From: Marsupella aquatica
Taxonomy: Eukaryota > Plantae > Marchantiophyta
Length of the DNA: 64,000 nucleotides
Assembly: GCA_973895155.1 (NCBI GenBank)
Contig: OZ316892.1
Span: forward strand, 14,190,861 to 14,254,860
Direction of reading: 5' to 3'
Position 1 is the first letter of the stretch, and every line of letters starts with the position of its first letter. The position numbers and the translations under genes are program-made. The notes beneath the pieces were generated by a model. It saw only the letters and a program-made list of their open reading frames with translations, was not told where the DNA came from and did not search any database. Shown one piece after another: positions 50,886-64,000 of this stretch.

Positions 50886-51297
50886 CAAAAACTACACAAG
50901 CAACGCAATCCAGACAAAAGGGAAGGTTTGACGAACAATCGTTTTCGTAAGAACAATATGCTATACTAGTAGAGAGACAGGGCCTTGTGTTTTAATGCAG
51001 GCATTTGCGTAATAAGACTGATCAAGTCCAACACTCACTTTTCAAAGAGAACCCCCTCAATTAAAAAGACCTAGCCCCTTCCTCTTCAAGTCACTATTAG
51101 ATGACTTAAATGTAGATCTAAGCCCCGGAAAACCCACGTCTATTCCTGTTCAGTGGGAGAAAAAAGGAATACAATCTGAGCCATCTGATTGGCTGAAACA
51201 ATTTTCCAAATTCAAATTGCTCAGGCAGGACACTCACGTAACCCAAACGGGCCCCCAAGGAGACCCAATGGAGCACTAGCCAGATTACACCCCCCTA

Positions 51298-51404
51298 AAA
51301 AGTATTTGCCACTTTTGGCCAGAACTACACCTCCGTAAAAAGTATTTGCCACTTTTGGCCAGAAGTACATCTCCGTAAAAGTATTTGCCACTTTTGGCCA
51401 GAAC
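51298..51404. repeat. ~40-bp tandem repeat x3 adjoining a family A copy
   Basis: AAAAGTATTTGCCACTTTTGGCCAGAA at 51298, 51338 and 51377. Confidence 0.9.
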
Positions 51405-51668
51405 TTAGCTGTACGTTCGGTCAGTTTCCCACCTAGCCAGAATCTAACGGTCATTCTTAAATCTAGTGAGATCTGACGGCCGGAAAATAACCTACGGTAG
51501 TAAAGGTACTAAAATTAGATAAGGAAGATCCCTAGCATCTTCTCCTTTTCAAATGACACACTGGCGAATGAGAAAAAACCTGAGCAAAAAGAGCGCGGGC
51601 TAATAAGTGGAAGCTACAGTACTAGTCGAAGGCAATCAACTCGGCATGGAGCTGATTCTGTTCTGATT

Positions 51669-51848
51669 TGTGTTCAGCTCCGCAAGATTTGATTCCGAGG
51701 CAAGAATCCCGCTGTGTGTTCAGCTCTGTTAGATTTGATTCCGAGGCAAGAATCCCGCATTCCCGCTGTGTGTTCAGCTCTGCAATATTTGATTCCGAGG
51801 CAAGAATCCCGCTGTGTGTTCAGCTCTGCAAGATTTGATCCCGAGGCA
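51669..51848 (+). repeat. 46-bp tandem repeat x4 in the putative SMC1 5' leader
   Basis: TGTGTTCAGCTC.G..AGATTTGATTCCGAGGCAAGAATCCCGC at 51669, 51715, 51769 and 51815, followed by donor-like AG|GTAAGC at 51889. Confidence 0.9.
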
Positions 51849-53698
51849 CGACGCGCAAGGGTGTAGGCTGCTCTTGCATGGAGGTCAAGGTAAGCGATCA
51901 CTGGCCTCTGGGTTGCCCGACACCCGTCAATTGATTGAATTTTTTAAGTTGCATTTCCGTCGTCTGCTGAGAGCAGCATGTGTAATGTTCATTAGGATTA
52001 ACGTCAGTAGGAGAGCTTGGTGGAGATCCCATTCAGTCAAGGTTTCGTGTTCTAAGTTTCTGTGCTCTCGCCGGATTACGGTGAGGGGACAAAGGGTTGA
52101 ATGAAATTTAAGACTACGTCAAGAGCCCATAGAGCTTGATTCGGGGTTTTGATACGCCCGAACCTCTGGACGTTTTCCAGAACGAGCTACTCTTCGAAAA
52201 GTTTTACTTAAGCTCGGTTATAATTCTCGCTCGTGGTCATATTGTTTAGGGTTTAATTTTGTTGCCCTTGCTTAAACCCTTGCTTACAGGTTATAGTAAT
52301 TTTTGCACAAGCAGTGGCTGGTGTTGTTGACTGAAATTTTAGTTTGAAGGTGAACTTAATTCGGACTCCTCTTACACTAGTCTCTTGAATGCAGTCAGAG
52401 ACAAGAGACTGAATGCTAGAAGAAATCGCAGTTGAGAAGGAGTAACAGTAGCTTTTCCTTCAGTCTTACTTATTGCATTGTGTTCGCTGCTCTGCACCTA
52501 ACGTCTTTCTTATTTCCTCCTACAGGTATTTGGTTTTCACTAGTGACGATCTCGAGGAATGGCCTCAGGAATGGGCAGGAGATGGTCCAGTTTAGGGAGA
52601 AGCTTCGACCATGTGCTGAATCTCTATGTCAAGGTTTCTCTGAAAGGCATCGGGAGGTAAGGAATCGTTCTCGTCAAGAATTCTTGAATTTTCGATCGGT
52701 TTTCTCTGGTGTTGTAAGCTTGAGGTTATCTACATTTGCAGGATATTTTGGCTGTGTTTTCCAACTAGCCATTATTTTCATAAACTGGAGGTCTCGAAAC
52801 TTTGTCAGCTATCTAAGGCAGGATGTCAGTTATCTGAGGCAGAATGCCATATCTTCGACAAGATTGCTGATCATTAACTTCGGTACGCGTAACGAGGAAA
52901 GAGATTTTAGGGTTTACTGTGTACAAATAGCCTTGATACTTCACGTAGCTGTCATTAAATTTCTGAAGGTGATATTAAGGAGCCTGGTCTGTCCGATATT
53001 TGTTGGGATACTAAAGGGATATGAAATTCGGGATTGGGGCTATATCTGGATTTTAACTGGAGCATTAGGTAATAAGGATGTTTTAGTCACTTCTCAGAGG
53101 ACCCGATCTCTCTTCACAACTAGGCTCACGGTCCTTGTATGGGGCAATCTTTGCAGTTGGTGGAGCTAAAGAAAGCGGGCCTTGGGTGACTACTTGGCAC
53201 AGCTGCAGAGGTAAAATCCGAACTACGCAAGTTTTTTTTTCAGGGTTGCAGAAGTGTTTGATTTCTATTCTGATCTCACAGAGGATTATTGTGCGGTGGA
53301 GTTACTCAAAGGACATGTTCTGTCATAGTTCCTTCCTGCCATCACCTTTCTCAGCTCTCCGTGGTGCTAATTCTCAACTTTCTGACGAAGAAAATTCTGT
53401 GTAGACTTAACAATGCCAACCTTCTTGCATGTGTTCTGCAGGGCTGGACTCCCGGCGATCATTGTCTAACGAGCAACTGAAAACAATTAAGAATCTCGCC
53501 CGGTTTTTTCCTGTCCCGCGCGATTTCTCTCTCCTGATAAGTGCCCTGCGGACTGACGGACAACAATTTTTTTTAGGGAGAGCCTTGACTTCGCTCGGGA
53601 ATGTAAAGCTTTCGAAGGTTATCGAGGTGCTCGGCTACAGTACAAGTATAATCATATTCTATTCTAGAAAAGGAAATCATTCTTCTGAAGACGGAAGA

Positions 53699-56600
53699 AT
53701 GCCTGCAGTAGTTTCTTCCGGTAGTATAGACAGACTTGAAGTGGAAAACTTCAAGTCGTACAAAGGTCATCAAATAATCGGACCATTTAGAAACTTCACC
53801 GCCATTATTGGACCGAATGGGGCAGGAAAGTCAAATCTCATGGACGCCATCAGCTTCGTTTTAGGTGTGCGATCAATGCAACTGAGAGGAGCCCAGCTGA
53901 AGGATTTGATCTACGCATTCGATGATCGGGAGAGGGAACAGAAGGGCAGGAAGGCGTTTGTTAAGCTTGTCTATTTGACCGGCAGTGGTGAGGAACTCCA
54001 TCTCACCAGGACAATCTCAAGCTCAGGATCAAGCGAATACAAAATCAACAATAAATCGGTTTCCTGGGATGAGTATAATGAAAAACTGAGATCTCTGGGC
54101 ATTCTCGTGAAGGCTAGAAATTTTCTAGTCTTTCAGGTGATCTTTTTCTCTCCCCCTTTTGACTGTGGAACCTTCGCCGTTGTTTGTCACCTGTGGTCTC
54201 CTGTTCCTTTAATGTACTAGATTTATGTGAGATTGAAGCTACTTGCTTCACTCGTTGTCAAATAATGAGTGCGTTTTAGATGACAACTGCGCATTCTTCT
54301 CTGTGATTATCAGACGGCAAAATGTGCATTTGAGCAGGACAGACATTTAAAGATATTATTATTATTTTTGAACTGATACCTTGTGTTCGGTCAGGGTGAC
54401 GTCGAATCAATTGCATCCAAAAGTCCGAAGGAGCTCACGGCCCTGTTTGAGCAAATATCTGGTTCTGAAGATTTCAAGAAATCTTATGAAGAGCTTGAAG
54501 TACGAAAAGCTCGTGCCGAGGAGAATCAAGTAGGCAAGTATCAGAAGAAGCGGACTATGGCTGCGGAGAGGAAACAGAAGAAGGAACAAAAAGAAGAAGC
54601 CGAGAAACATTTGAGTTTACAAGGCGAATTGGTAAGCATTTTTGCTAGAGTCGCTGATTTACAGTGGTCTGTGAGAGTTACACGTTGTAGTGAAAAAGTC
54701 CGCAGCGATTTGAAGTTCTATCATCCTTATAAACCAATCTGGACCTAAGAGTTGATGCCCAATCTTTTTTCCCCACCTTTCAGAGGGCACTCAAAACCGA
54801 GTACTTTCTTTGGCAATTATTCAACATTGAGAAGTCTATAGAGAGAACAAAAGCAGAACTCCAGGTCGACGATGAGAACGTGCAAGAGCTGGCCAGAGCA
54901 CAAGAGAAATTGGAAGGTGAAATAAGAGAACGAAAGAAAGAGCAAGCTGTATATAGCAAGGATGCTCTTCTCTGCGAGAAGAAGATGATCAAGAAGAAAG
55001 CCGAGCTTGATAAGAAGGTAATCAAAAACACTGTCCTAGCTTGACTGATGTCATTTCTTACAAAGTGCTCTTGGAGCTATGATTTTTGCTGAACATCGTT
55101 CCCGTTACTTCGGGAGAAGGGGTCCCTTGAAGTTATTCAGTCTGTAGACCGAGTACAATCTCGGGGAAATCTCGTTTGTCGTGCTTGTAGTTCCACTTCG
55201 AGTGCGGGTCTCAATCACTTCTTTCTGACACTAAGTATTGAAGGCAATTAGTATTGGCTCGTTTGACACCGTGCTGGGCTTCATCTGTAGCATCCCGAGC
55301 TTCTGAAGCTAAAGGAGGAGATTAAGCGAATCAAACAAAAAATCAAGAGTGGTGAAAAAGATCTCGAGAAGAAAAAGGAAGAGCAGAGCAAACAGGCAAC
55401 GGAGATATCAAAACTGCTCAGAGATTTGGAAGACGTCACAGCGTCGAGAGACCAGCTCAATGAACAGCAAGATAAAGAAGGAGGTGGCAGGCTGCATCTA
55501 GCAGAAAATGAATTGGAAGAGTACAACAGAATGTATTAATGCGATACCCTCTTAGTTCTTATGTTTCTAATACTCATGGACTACAGTACTTTCGGTCTGT
55601 CGTAAGCATGAGGTGCACGTGAGAGCACATTATAGAGCTCTTTATAAGAAGTATGGCACAGGAGTTAAGTTAAGATTGTACTTGAGGCTTGTCACTTTCA
55701 GTCTTGGAGTGTCTTCACGAGGTTCAGGGAATAACAGTTTGTATTTCGCAGAAAAGAGGAAGCAGGAGCGAAAACTGTAAAGTTGAGGCAAGATAAGGAG
55801 GTTCATGATCGGCAACAACGAGCCGATGAAGAAGCCCTAAAGAATCTTGTAGAGAATTTACAGCAACTTACGAATAGACAGCAGCAACTCATTCAAGAAC
55901 AGATGGACATTCAATCTCGCATGACGAGGCTGTCAAACACAAGCTCCAACAATAACAATGATCATGCTCGATTTGCGGCTGAACTTCGAGAGATGCAAGA
56001 CAGGCATCGCCAGTCAAAGTGAGGACACATTCAATTCATTTGTTTCAAACAATTGACATGTGTCCTGTAACTTTTATTTTCTTACAAGAATTACTCCTAA
56101 TCAGATTTCTGAAATGTCGAACTTATATGCTCTGAGTCTGATGATTGCTGTTTTTGAGATGTGGACTTTTGTGATATAGTTGGCTTGTCTTGAACTAGGA
56201 CTCGATATGAGAGCTTGAAGGCAAAAGTGGACCAGCTTGAAGTGCAGCTACGCGAGTTGAAGGCTGACAAACGAGAAAGTGAACGTGACGCCAAGATGTC
56301 GGAAGCTGTTGAGAGTCTGAAGCGTCTGTTTCCTGGTGTTCATGGTCGGATGACAGATCTATGTAGACCCACTCAAAAGAAGTACAATCTTGCGGTTACG
56401 GTAGCAATGGGAAAGATGATGGATGCTGTAGTCGTGGAGGATGACAACACTGGAAAGGAATGTATCAAGGTAATGTCTGTCTCATGATATTTGTGTGAAC
56501 GAATCAACTGCGAATTCCTTCTGGGTTCTCTGATGGATGTTGTCGTAAGACCTTTATTTGGCGGGTATTGAATAGCAACAAACTGTAGCAGGTTGAAGAC

Positions 56601-59600
56601 CAAGGTGTTCTGATCCTTTCTAGCCATCCAGCATCGTAGTGTTTGTCCGATGCGCGTTGGGTTTGCTACCTTAACTCTAGTCTCATCTTCAAGAAACGAA
56701 AATTCATGGAACGCTCTGAGATGAAACGGCTTTCTGACTTTTGTCGTGGTTGTTATGTCTCAGTACTTAAAAGAGCAGCGGTTAGCACCTATAACTTTCA
56801 TACCGCTACAATCTGTCCGTGTGAAACCGGTTCATGAGAGGTCCCGAGGAATGGGAGGAACAGCAAAATTAGTGTACGACGTTATACAATATCCTCTTAT
56901 ATCTCCTGTAGGGCTTGTCAGTGTCAGCCCCCGCAAGATAGGCTAATCTGTTAACAGAGGTCTGTCGGTGGAGTTTATTGATGAAATTAACATCGTAGAC
57001 AACTTGCATATTTGGTTTAGTTCTTGCTGCCGATGCTCCTTCTCCTTAACCCACTTACATTTGACCCGGCTTTGGAACGGGCTCTAGTGTTTGCCGTTGG
57101 CAATACATTAGTGTGTGATCGGCTGGATGAGGCCAAAGCTCTCAGCTGGGGTGGTGAGCGACATAAAGGTATTAACACGGAAATTGACTACCATTGTGTC
57201 ATGCGTCAATTGTGATCTTGCTGATGAAACTCTACCTTAGTAGGCCTTCTTATTTTGTCTCGTTATGATCACAACCACTAACGAAACGCGCAGGACCTGT
57301 TCGTGTCTCCTTCTTGTCTGGATTCGCTTTCCTGACTCGCTTGATTGAAGTTTCTGTCCGCAGTTTTCTACGTTCCCCTTTTAATGCGTCTGTTTTCCTC
57401 CAGTGGTCACTCTTGATGGTATCCTACTAGGAAAATCAGGGACAATGACCGGTGGTGTGACTGGAGGCATGGAAGCACGATCTCAAAAGTGGGATGCTCG
57501 AGCTGTGGATGGTGAGCGAGAAATTCTTTCTCTTTTGTTTTAATGTATGATGCAAGGGTGAGGTCCAAGCTACAGATTTCAGACTTCAGACAAAGTCGTG
57601 CTGTTGATGATGCGCACCCGCCTTTTGTGAACTTCTCCTTGTATCCAAGTATTGGGCTGCCTTTTCCTCTATTTGGGGCTCCTACCCAGGCTTCGTTGTT
57701 AACTTCATGGCTGTTCAGTCTACGTTAGATTGAACGAAATTCTAGGACCACTCTATTGGGTGTATTAAGAGATATGGTGCTAACTCTAAATACACCGTAC
57801 TGGCAGCGTTGAAGAAGGAAAAAGACCGCTATGAAGCGGAGATGTTGGAGCTTGGATCTATCAGAGATATGGCGAGCAAGGAAGCAGAAGTCGGCGGGCG
57901 GATTACTGGCTGTGAGAAGAAGATGCACTATAATGACATCGAGAAGGTAAGGGATTGACTGAATCGTGAAACAAATCTGGGGCCCGGTCTTGTGGAGTCT
58001 CCTATCCTGTCTTTTGTGAGAAGTAACCCTTTTATTAACTTAACGTTCCTATTGGCTTTCCAAATGTTAATATGATCTGATGGCACACAGAAAAATTTAG
58101 ATCGGAAACTGGCAAAGACAGCCCAGGAGCTCGAGGCTATTGAGAAAGAGATCACCAGGCTCAGTCCAGACATTGATCAGGTATATTTCTTCCTCTTGGG
58201 CCGGAACGGCTTTAGTACGAGCTGCAATACCTTGAGAGTGAACGATACTTTTTGAGAAGGATATTGGAATGAAATTATGAGTAGCCATTGCTTTCTGGCC
58301 AAGCTGTGTCTTGACAGTGGGTTTGGTAGGTGAGATTCGCGATACCATAGATGAGCTTCTAATTAGAATACTTTTACCTTGAGAGTTTCAGTTGCAGAAA
58401 GTGATAGCAAACAGAAGCAGGACTACTGCAGATCTGGAGAATCGCATCAACCAGATCGTGGATCAGATCTACAAAGCTTTCAGTGAATCTGTTGGAGTGG
58501 CAAACATCCGTGAATATGAAGAGAATCAACTCCGAGCTGCCCAGGAGCTTGCAGAGCGGCGAATGGGCGTGAACAGCCACATTGCACGAATTAAAAATCA
58601 GTTACATTCTCTTCCTTATCTGCTCTTCTCAACAGTCGTCGCTCTGAGTTCCCTTTAACGTGGTAGCCTTCAGTACTCGTTTTTTAAAATGTTTTCTTGA
58701 TACTTTAGTCCCAGGTTTGTCATGTGTTGTGCTGGTTACCACGAAATCCCTTTATATTAAGAAAGTTTCCGATGCTGCAGGCTTCAATATGAGCAGAGAC
58801 GTGACACCGAAGCACCAGTTATAAAACTGTCAAATTTATTGACGGCATTGCGAGATGAGCTTGTTAGGGTGGAGAATAAGGAAGTAGAGGCCAAGGCAGT
58901 AATGGATGAAATTGCTGCCCAGCTTGAAGAGATGAAGAAAGAGCAGCAGGGTTCTGTTCTGAACTCTTAAGAATTTTGACTTTTTCGTACGCACTCAAGT
59001 TGTATTGTCAGTGAAGCATATATATCATTTAAAACACCTGTTGGATTACTTATGAAAGACGTTGTCAGTTGCATGTCCGGTGTTTTACCAGTATTTTTCC
59101 AGCACGCTTACATTAAAACCTTCACACTGCCACGGTGGTAGTAGTAATATCCAGTTTAAGAAATGTTCTCTGAACATTCAGTGCAGCACACAACCGCAAT
59201 TGTATTCATATTTTGATGTGCTCTGCAGAGTTCAAGGTGAAAGTCGACGACATAGAAGAGCAAATTGAGGAGCTGAAGAAGCAAGGCAGCAACGATACAA
59301 CGAATTTGGGGAAATGGAAACGTCAGATGACTGCAAAAGTCAGTAAGATTTCCTTTTTATCAATAAAGCGTTGCGGACATCGGTCGAGAGATAGGCATAA
59401 CTCTGTAAAAGATGACTCCCTTGGAACGCAATGAAAGTCAGGAATGTCCAAAATTGATTATTTCGCTGATTTCTGCCGACAATGAGAGCGTCATATCTGA
59501 AGCCTTACAGTGTCGATGCTTGGAGAGTATATGGACGCATTCTTTAGATTGGCAGTCCGAAGTGAAGAAAATCTGTTGTAGACTTTCTCCTTTCAGTCGT

Positions 59601-61835
59601 CAAAGTTGCAGTAAATCATATTGAAAGTAGCATGACACAGAATCTAGAGACGAACTGTTTTTACAGAGATACCTTCATCTGACTCGCTAGTTTATGTGAT
59701 TAGAGATTTAATATGTGATGCTTACAACTTGCAATAACTTTTTATGATCAGTATTCTTTCTAACCTTATTGTGGTTCACGTTAGGACCTGTATCGTACAC
59801 TACTCTTATCAAAATTCGATTTGACTTGCAGGAAACTCAAATAGAACAACTGAACTCAAGGAGGCAGGAAATACTTGAAACCTGTGAACTGGAACAAATT
59901 AAGCTCCCAATTGCACATGATCCAGATTCAATGGATATTGACTCTGCTCATCCTATCATAAGTTTTAATTACGCCCAGCTGAGTCAATCACATCAACAGG
60001 TTCTAATTTACCTTCTGAGCTCTTCAATCCTCTTTGCATCTCCTGTTCCTCTTATTCCTGCGTTCCAGGTGTGCCAAGTTGGCAGTTATTTGTCGTATTT
60101 GCACTTTTATCTTTCTGTAGTCATTTGTGATGTTCAGGTTGTTTGTGTGCTTTGCGATGTCACACTGTAAAAAGGCAGTGTTTTTCAGACCGTCTCATAA
60201 ATTTCGAATCACTATCCACAGCTACTGGTTCCGACTCTTGTGACCAGCTTTTCGGTTCTAAACAGGCATTAATTCAGCAAGGTTCTTCATAAATTTTGAA
60301 ATTGTATGTGCTCCAGGATCTCAGACCAGCTGAGAAAGAAAAGCTAGAGATGGAGTTCAAGAGCAAACTGGACTCGATTACTTCGGAAATTGAAAGGACA
60401 GCTCCGAATCTGAAGGCCTTGGATCAATATGAAAGTTTGAGAGAAAAGGAGAGAGAGTCTATAGAAGAGTTCGATGCAGCAAGGCGTGAAGCCAAAGATA
60501 TCACTGACCGATATAACTCAGTCAAGGTTAAAAGGTAAGGCCGTGTTTATTTGTCTTGGCACAACTCCTGATAGAAAATCAGAAGCATTTTCTGGCAAGT
60601 CACTTAACGCTGATGTTATCATGCAGACATGACAGGTTCTTAGATGCATTCAACTACATATCAACAAACATCAACAAGATCTACAAACAATTGACTCAAA
60701 GTAGTACGCACCCACTTGGCGGAACTGCATATCTTAGCCTAGAAAATGAAGATGAACCCTTTTTGCATGGTATAAAGTATACCGCCATGCCGCCCACAAA
60801 AAGATTTCGAGATATGGAGCAACTTTCAGGAGGAGAAAAGACTGTTGCCGCCCTAGCACTTCTATTTGCAATTCACAGGTATGACAATAGCTAATTGTTT
60901 CATCAGAGTTTAGCAACATGTACATTTCAACACAAGCATTCAGATAATATTGTCTCTGAATGCATTCTCTCACAGTTCCATCATTTCTCAGAATCGCTGG
61001 GAAAGAAAGTTTTGGGCTTTACTTTGACACGACTAATAGGAGCCAGCCTTATTCACGTTGGGCAGAATGGCTAATTTGGCAGGAAACCAAGTCTATTCAT
61101 TCTGTGAAAATATGGCACTATCCCCTTTCTGCAAGAATGCAAGACGAACGTTGTTTCTAAACGCATATGAACAATTATCAAAAAGTGCTGAAAGCACATT
61201 AGTTCTGTCTACCAAATTGCTTGGAATCTGAAATTTTTACTTCAGCATGTTCGAAGTCTATTTCAGTACTAATGTGAGGGACAAGGGCGATTTATTAACA
61301 ATTCTCTTTTGTGGTTTGCCATTTTCCCTCTCATTTTGCAGCTATCGGCCATCTCCTTTCTTTGTCCTGGATGAGGTTGATGCAGCATTAGACAATCTTA
61401 ATGTTGCAAAAGTGGCAGCTTACATTAGGTCAAAATCTAGAGATGAGGTCAAAGGTTCTGACAGGTCGGGGAAGGGAACCGGGTTTCAAAGTGTCGTAAT
61501 CTCTCTCAAAGACACCTTTTATGATAAAGCTGATGCCTTGGTCGGAGTGTATCGGGACTCAGATCGAAGGTATGTTAGTTCCTGCCTGCCCCTCTCTTGA
61601 TTGCGGATTTTGAATATTCTCACTCCAAACTATGTCTCGAAAGCTACAAATTAAGGTCATTTGCGAAGTAATAATGTATTTGCATTGTTACAAGCCTTTT
61701 CAGAATCAAGCACCCAGGGATATGGGACACATTGTACGCCTTGGAATTAAACACTTGCCTTTTACTTGCAGTTGTTCAAGCACTCTCACGTGGGACCTGG
61801 AGAAGTTTAACGATCCACTGTTGCCGCACAGTTGA
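53699..61835 (+). CDS. SMC1: Structural maintenance of chromosomes 1 (cohesin), 19 coding exons
   Basis: Exons approx. 53699-54136, 54395-54631, 54784-55017, 55291-55532, 55752-56018, 56199-56469, 56764-56888, 57059-57168, 57404-57511, 57807-57946, 58091-58180, 58392-58600, 58781-58950, 59229-59338, 59832-59999, 60317-60534, 60627-60878, 61342-61569, 61773-61835. Motifs: ENFKSYKG, Walker [26 protein letters not shown], hinge [14 protein letters not shown] and KSGTMTGG, signature LSGGEKT, Walker [13 protein letters not shown]. Confidence 0.97.
56889..57058 (+). other. AT-AC U12-type (minor spliceosome) intron in SMC1
   Basis: 5' site ATATCCTC, branch point TCCTTAAC (57043-57050), terminal AC at 57057-57058. 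Removal restores the conserved peptide DVIQ/FDPALE. Confidence 0.92.
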
Positions 61836-62289
61836 TGTCTTCTTATCACTTGGGTGTGGAGACTGTAGTAGGTGTTAGGCCCAACTGTCTAGCAGCATTC
61901 GGCTTGACAGTTATGAGTTGCAGCAGTTCATGTAGTAGCTCCCGCGAGAAGACAACAAAAATTTCTCAGGGCCATATTTCTTTACGTCTTGTAGTCAAGT
62001 AGACGTATCCTCCAAGCACCACTACATCGGACTTCACGGTTGTTTACAATAGATAGCGTTTCTATGTAGTATGTGGATCTATGTATCCATTTTTCAAGTG
62101 ACGCCTGTAAATTTTCTTTTGTATAGAGTAACAGAAACCTTCAGTCGTTTTTACCGACCTTTTCGGACTGTCACATTTGTAATGTAGTTTATTATATACG
62201 GGCACAAATTAAGTAATCTGGAAGCTCACGCATTACAACAGGCAAAGTTCTAGATATTGAATGAATAAACAATCATCATCTCAAGGATG

Positions 62290-64000
62290 AGGTTCTAAGA
62301 CAGAAGACGCTAGTGCTTCTCAGGGAAGAGATCAGTGAACTTGAGGAGAAAAAGCTGGAGTTGGAAACATTGATAAAAATGTGCTTGAAGAAAGCAACAA
62401 ATCTAATAGGCAGATGGGGGAAGAAAGAAGCAATGCGGAGAACAGAAAAAGACAATAGGCTGAGAGAAGAGTACGAGCTGGCACAACTAGAATTGGAGAG
62501 TATCCACAGTGCGAGTATAAAGAGGAAGCTTGCAGAGGAGAAACTAATTTACATGAATTTGAAGATTTGAAAGCAAGGTGGATGAGCGCAAAGCACTGAA
62601 GTAACATGGGTTGGACAGGGAGAAAGAGTATGACCTCGGCGTTTCGAAAGCAGTCAAACGAGTCGGCGATAGTGAGGCTAAGTATATGCAAGGGAACGTA
62701 ACAGATAAGTATGACGAAATGTCAGCGATTGCAACAATTTCTTTGAGGACCTATTTCATATTTGGAATTAATCCCATTTATCTTGGCTCTCCGACGATGA
62801 TCTTGATGCGGTCTGTTACCGGATATCTACCCGATCCACCAGGAGGAAAGAGAGATGGGCGGATCTGGCGAAGAACAAGAAACCAAAGGATTGACAGCTA
62901 GGAGGAAGTGACAGTACTACTATAGCAGTTTCCAGTGAAAGCTGCTCAAGCGCTGCACCTAATCTTTTTGCAGGAACAGAGGTGGGAGAGTCTCGGGTGG
63001 AACAACCCCGCACACTCAAGCAACTCCTCCTGGACAAAGAATGGGCGATCCAGAAGGGCATCTCGTTGGTCGGCAAGCAGCCAGACTGACTCAGGGGTTG
63101 CAATCCACTATAAAGCATTCCATGGAAGAAGTGAGGAAGATCTTGACAAGTAGTTGGGCGCCTTTGAGAACAGAGCCTCGGCCAACGGAGAATTGGACTT
63201 TAACATGCAGATTCTGCCGGGCATGTTCAAAGGTGAAGCAAGACCATGGTTTAAGACTCCAGCACAACAGTTGGACTTGAATATTTTCAAACTAAGGTTT
63301 GTAAAGGAGTTCTTACAGAGATTCAATAAGTTGGTGCGGCGTACCAAGACCAATGGTTTTGAGTTAATGCAGTTGCAATGGTTGGTAAACGCGCTACCCT
63401 AGAAGATGAGTTTTGCGATACAAAAGGCAAGATCGCTAGCAGAAGCAATGCATGATATTCTGATTTATATCGATGCTAATATCACTAGCCAAAAGAAGCA
63501 TTCTAAATTGGAGTATTCCTCCTCTGAGGATGAATAAAAAAGCTATTGAGAAAAATATGCCTAGAGCTACTGCTATGTTGGTACATGAGGCTTTGGAGTC
63601 AAAGGACACCAAAGTGGCTGCAAGCACTGCAGTAGTCTCGGAACTAGCTGTGGAGGCAACTCAGATCAAACTTGCTGTTGCAATCAAAGTAAAGCCAAAT
63701 CAAGATCACGAGTTATGGGCAGCCAAGTTACCACCACCAGATGATACTTTGAAGCGCTGGTACCCTACGACTTAGCCAAGGATGTATTGGAATCCAGGGT
63801 ACAGCCACAGTTGGCTAACCTTTGAAAAACAGTCTACTTCATAAAGCAATTGAGCAAGCAATTTTGGCTAAACCCAGGCTGCCAAGAATAGCAGCACTCG
63901 CTTACTGATTGATGAAGGACCGGGGTGTGCATCACGATTGACTCTGCAAGTGGTGGACTTTGTCACCCAGTGCACTCACCAATTTCAATATTCTTGCCTA
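62290..64000 (+). mobile_element. Decayed retroelement remnant with gag-like segment
   Basis: Broken ORFs with a coiled-coil-like stretch followed by QILPGMFKGEARPWFK...FKLRFVKEF, which resembles the retrotransposon gag motif (LxGxAxxW...LkxxFxxxF). Many stops, no splice structure. Confidence 0.5.

Noticed and set aside
51669-51848. CRISPR-like arrays (also 51298-51404, 8541-9017)
   Set aside because: Head-to-tail repeats without unique spacers, eukaryotic context and no cas genes.
52432-53169. 245-aa ORF upstream of SMC1
   Set aside because: TTG start, spans splice signals and has no recognisable domain; best explained as leader/intron.
53429-53698. SMC1 start at the upstream ATG (MCSAGLDS...)
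   Set aside because: The ATG lies just inside a probable acceptor region (TCTGCAG at 53435-53441). SMC1 homology begins at MPAVVSSG (53699).

Overview
Eukaryotic nuclear DNA from a land plant, most likely a non-seed plant such as a liverwort or other bryophyte (inferred from gene content and intron style; the species cannot be fixed). Five host genes are clear: exocyst SEC5 (+, 21 exons, two GC-AG introns), plastid peptidoglycan glycosyltransferase MurG (-), a SINE1/2-type ARM-repeat KASH nuclear-envelope protein (+), an intronless and divergent MAX2/D3 F-box-LRR gene (+), and cohesin SMC1 (+, 19 coding exons, one AT-AC U12 intron). The CpG-poor intergenic blocks hold decayed tandem and dispersed repeats, foldback/MITE-like elements, a phytochrome PAS-GAF pseudogene fragment, a 5'-truncated CRE-clade LINE with a restriction-like endonuclease, and a gag-like remnant. 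The most unusual object is a miniature non-coding LTR element at 29912-31181. It has a Met-tRNA PBS, a PPT, TG..CA LTR ends and a possible AACAT target duplication, and its ~110-120 bp LTRs are themselves tRNA-like (Pol III A/B boxes). That makes it a tRNA analogue of Cassandra TRIMs. All calls and splice coordinates were read by eye; no searches were run.
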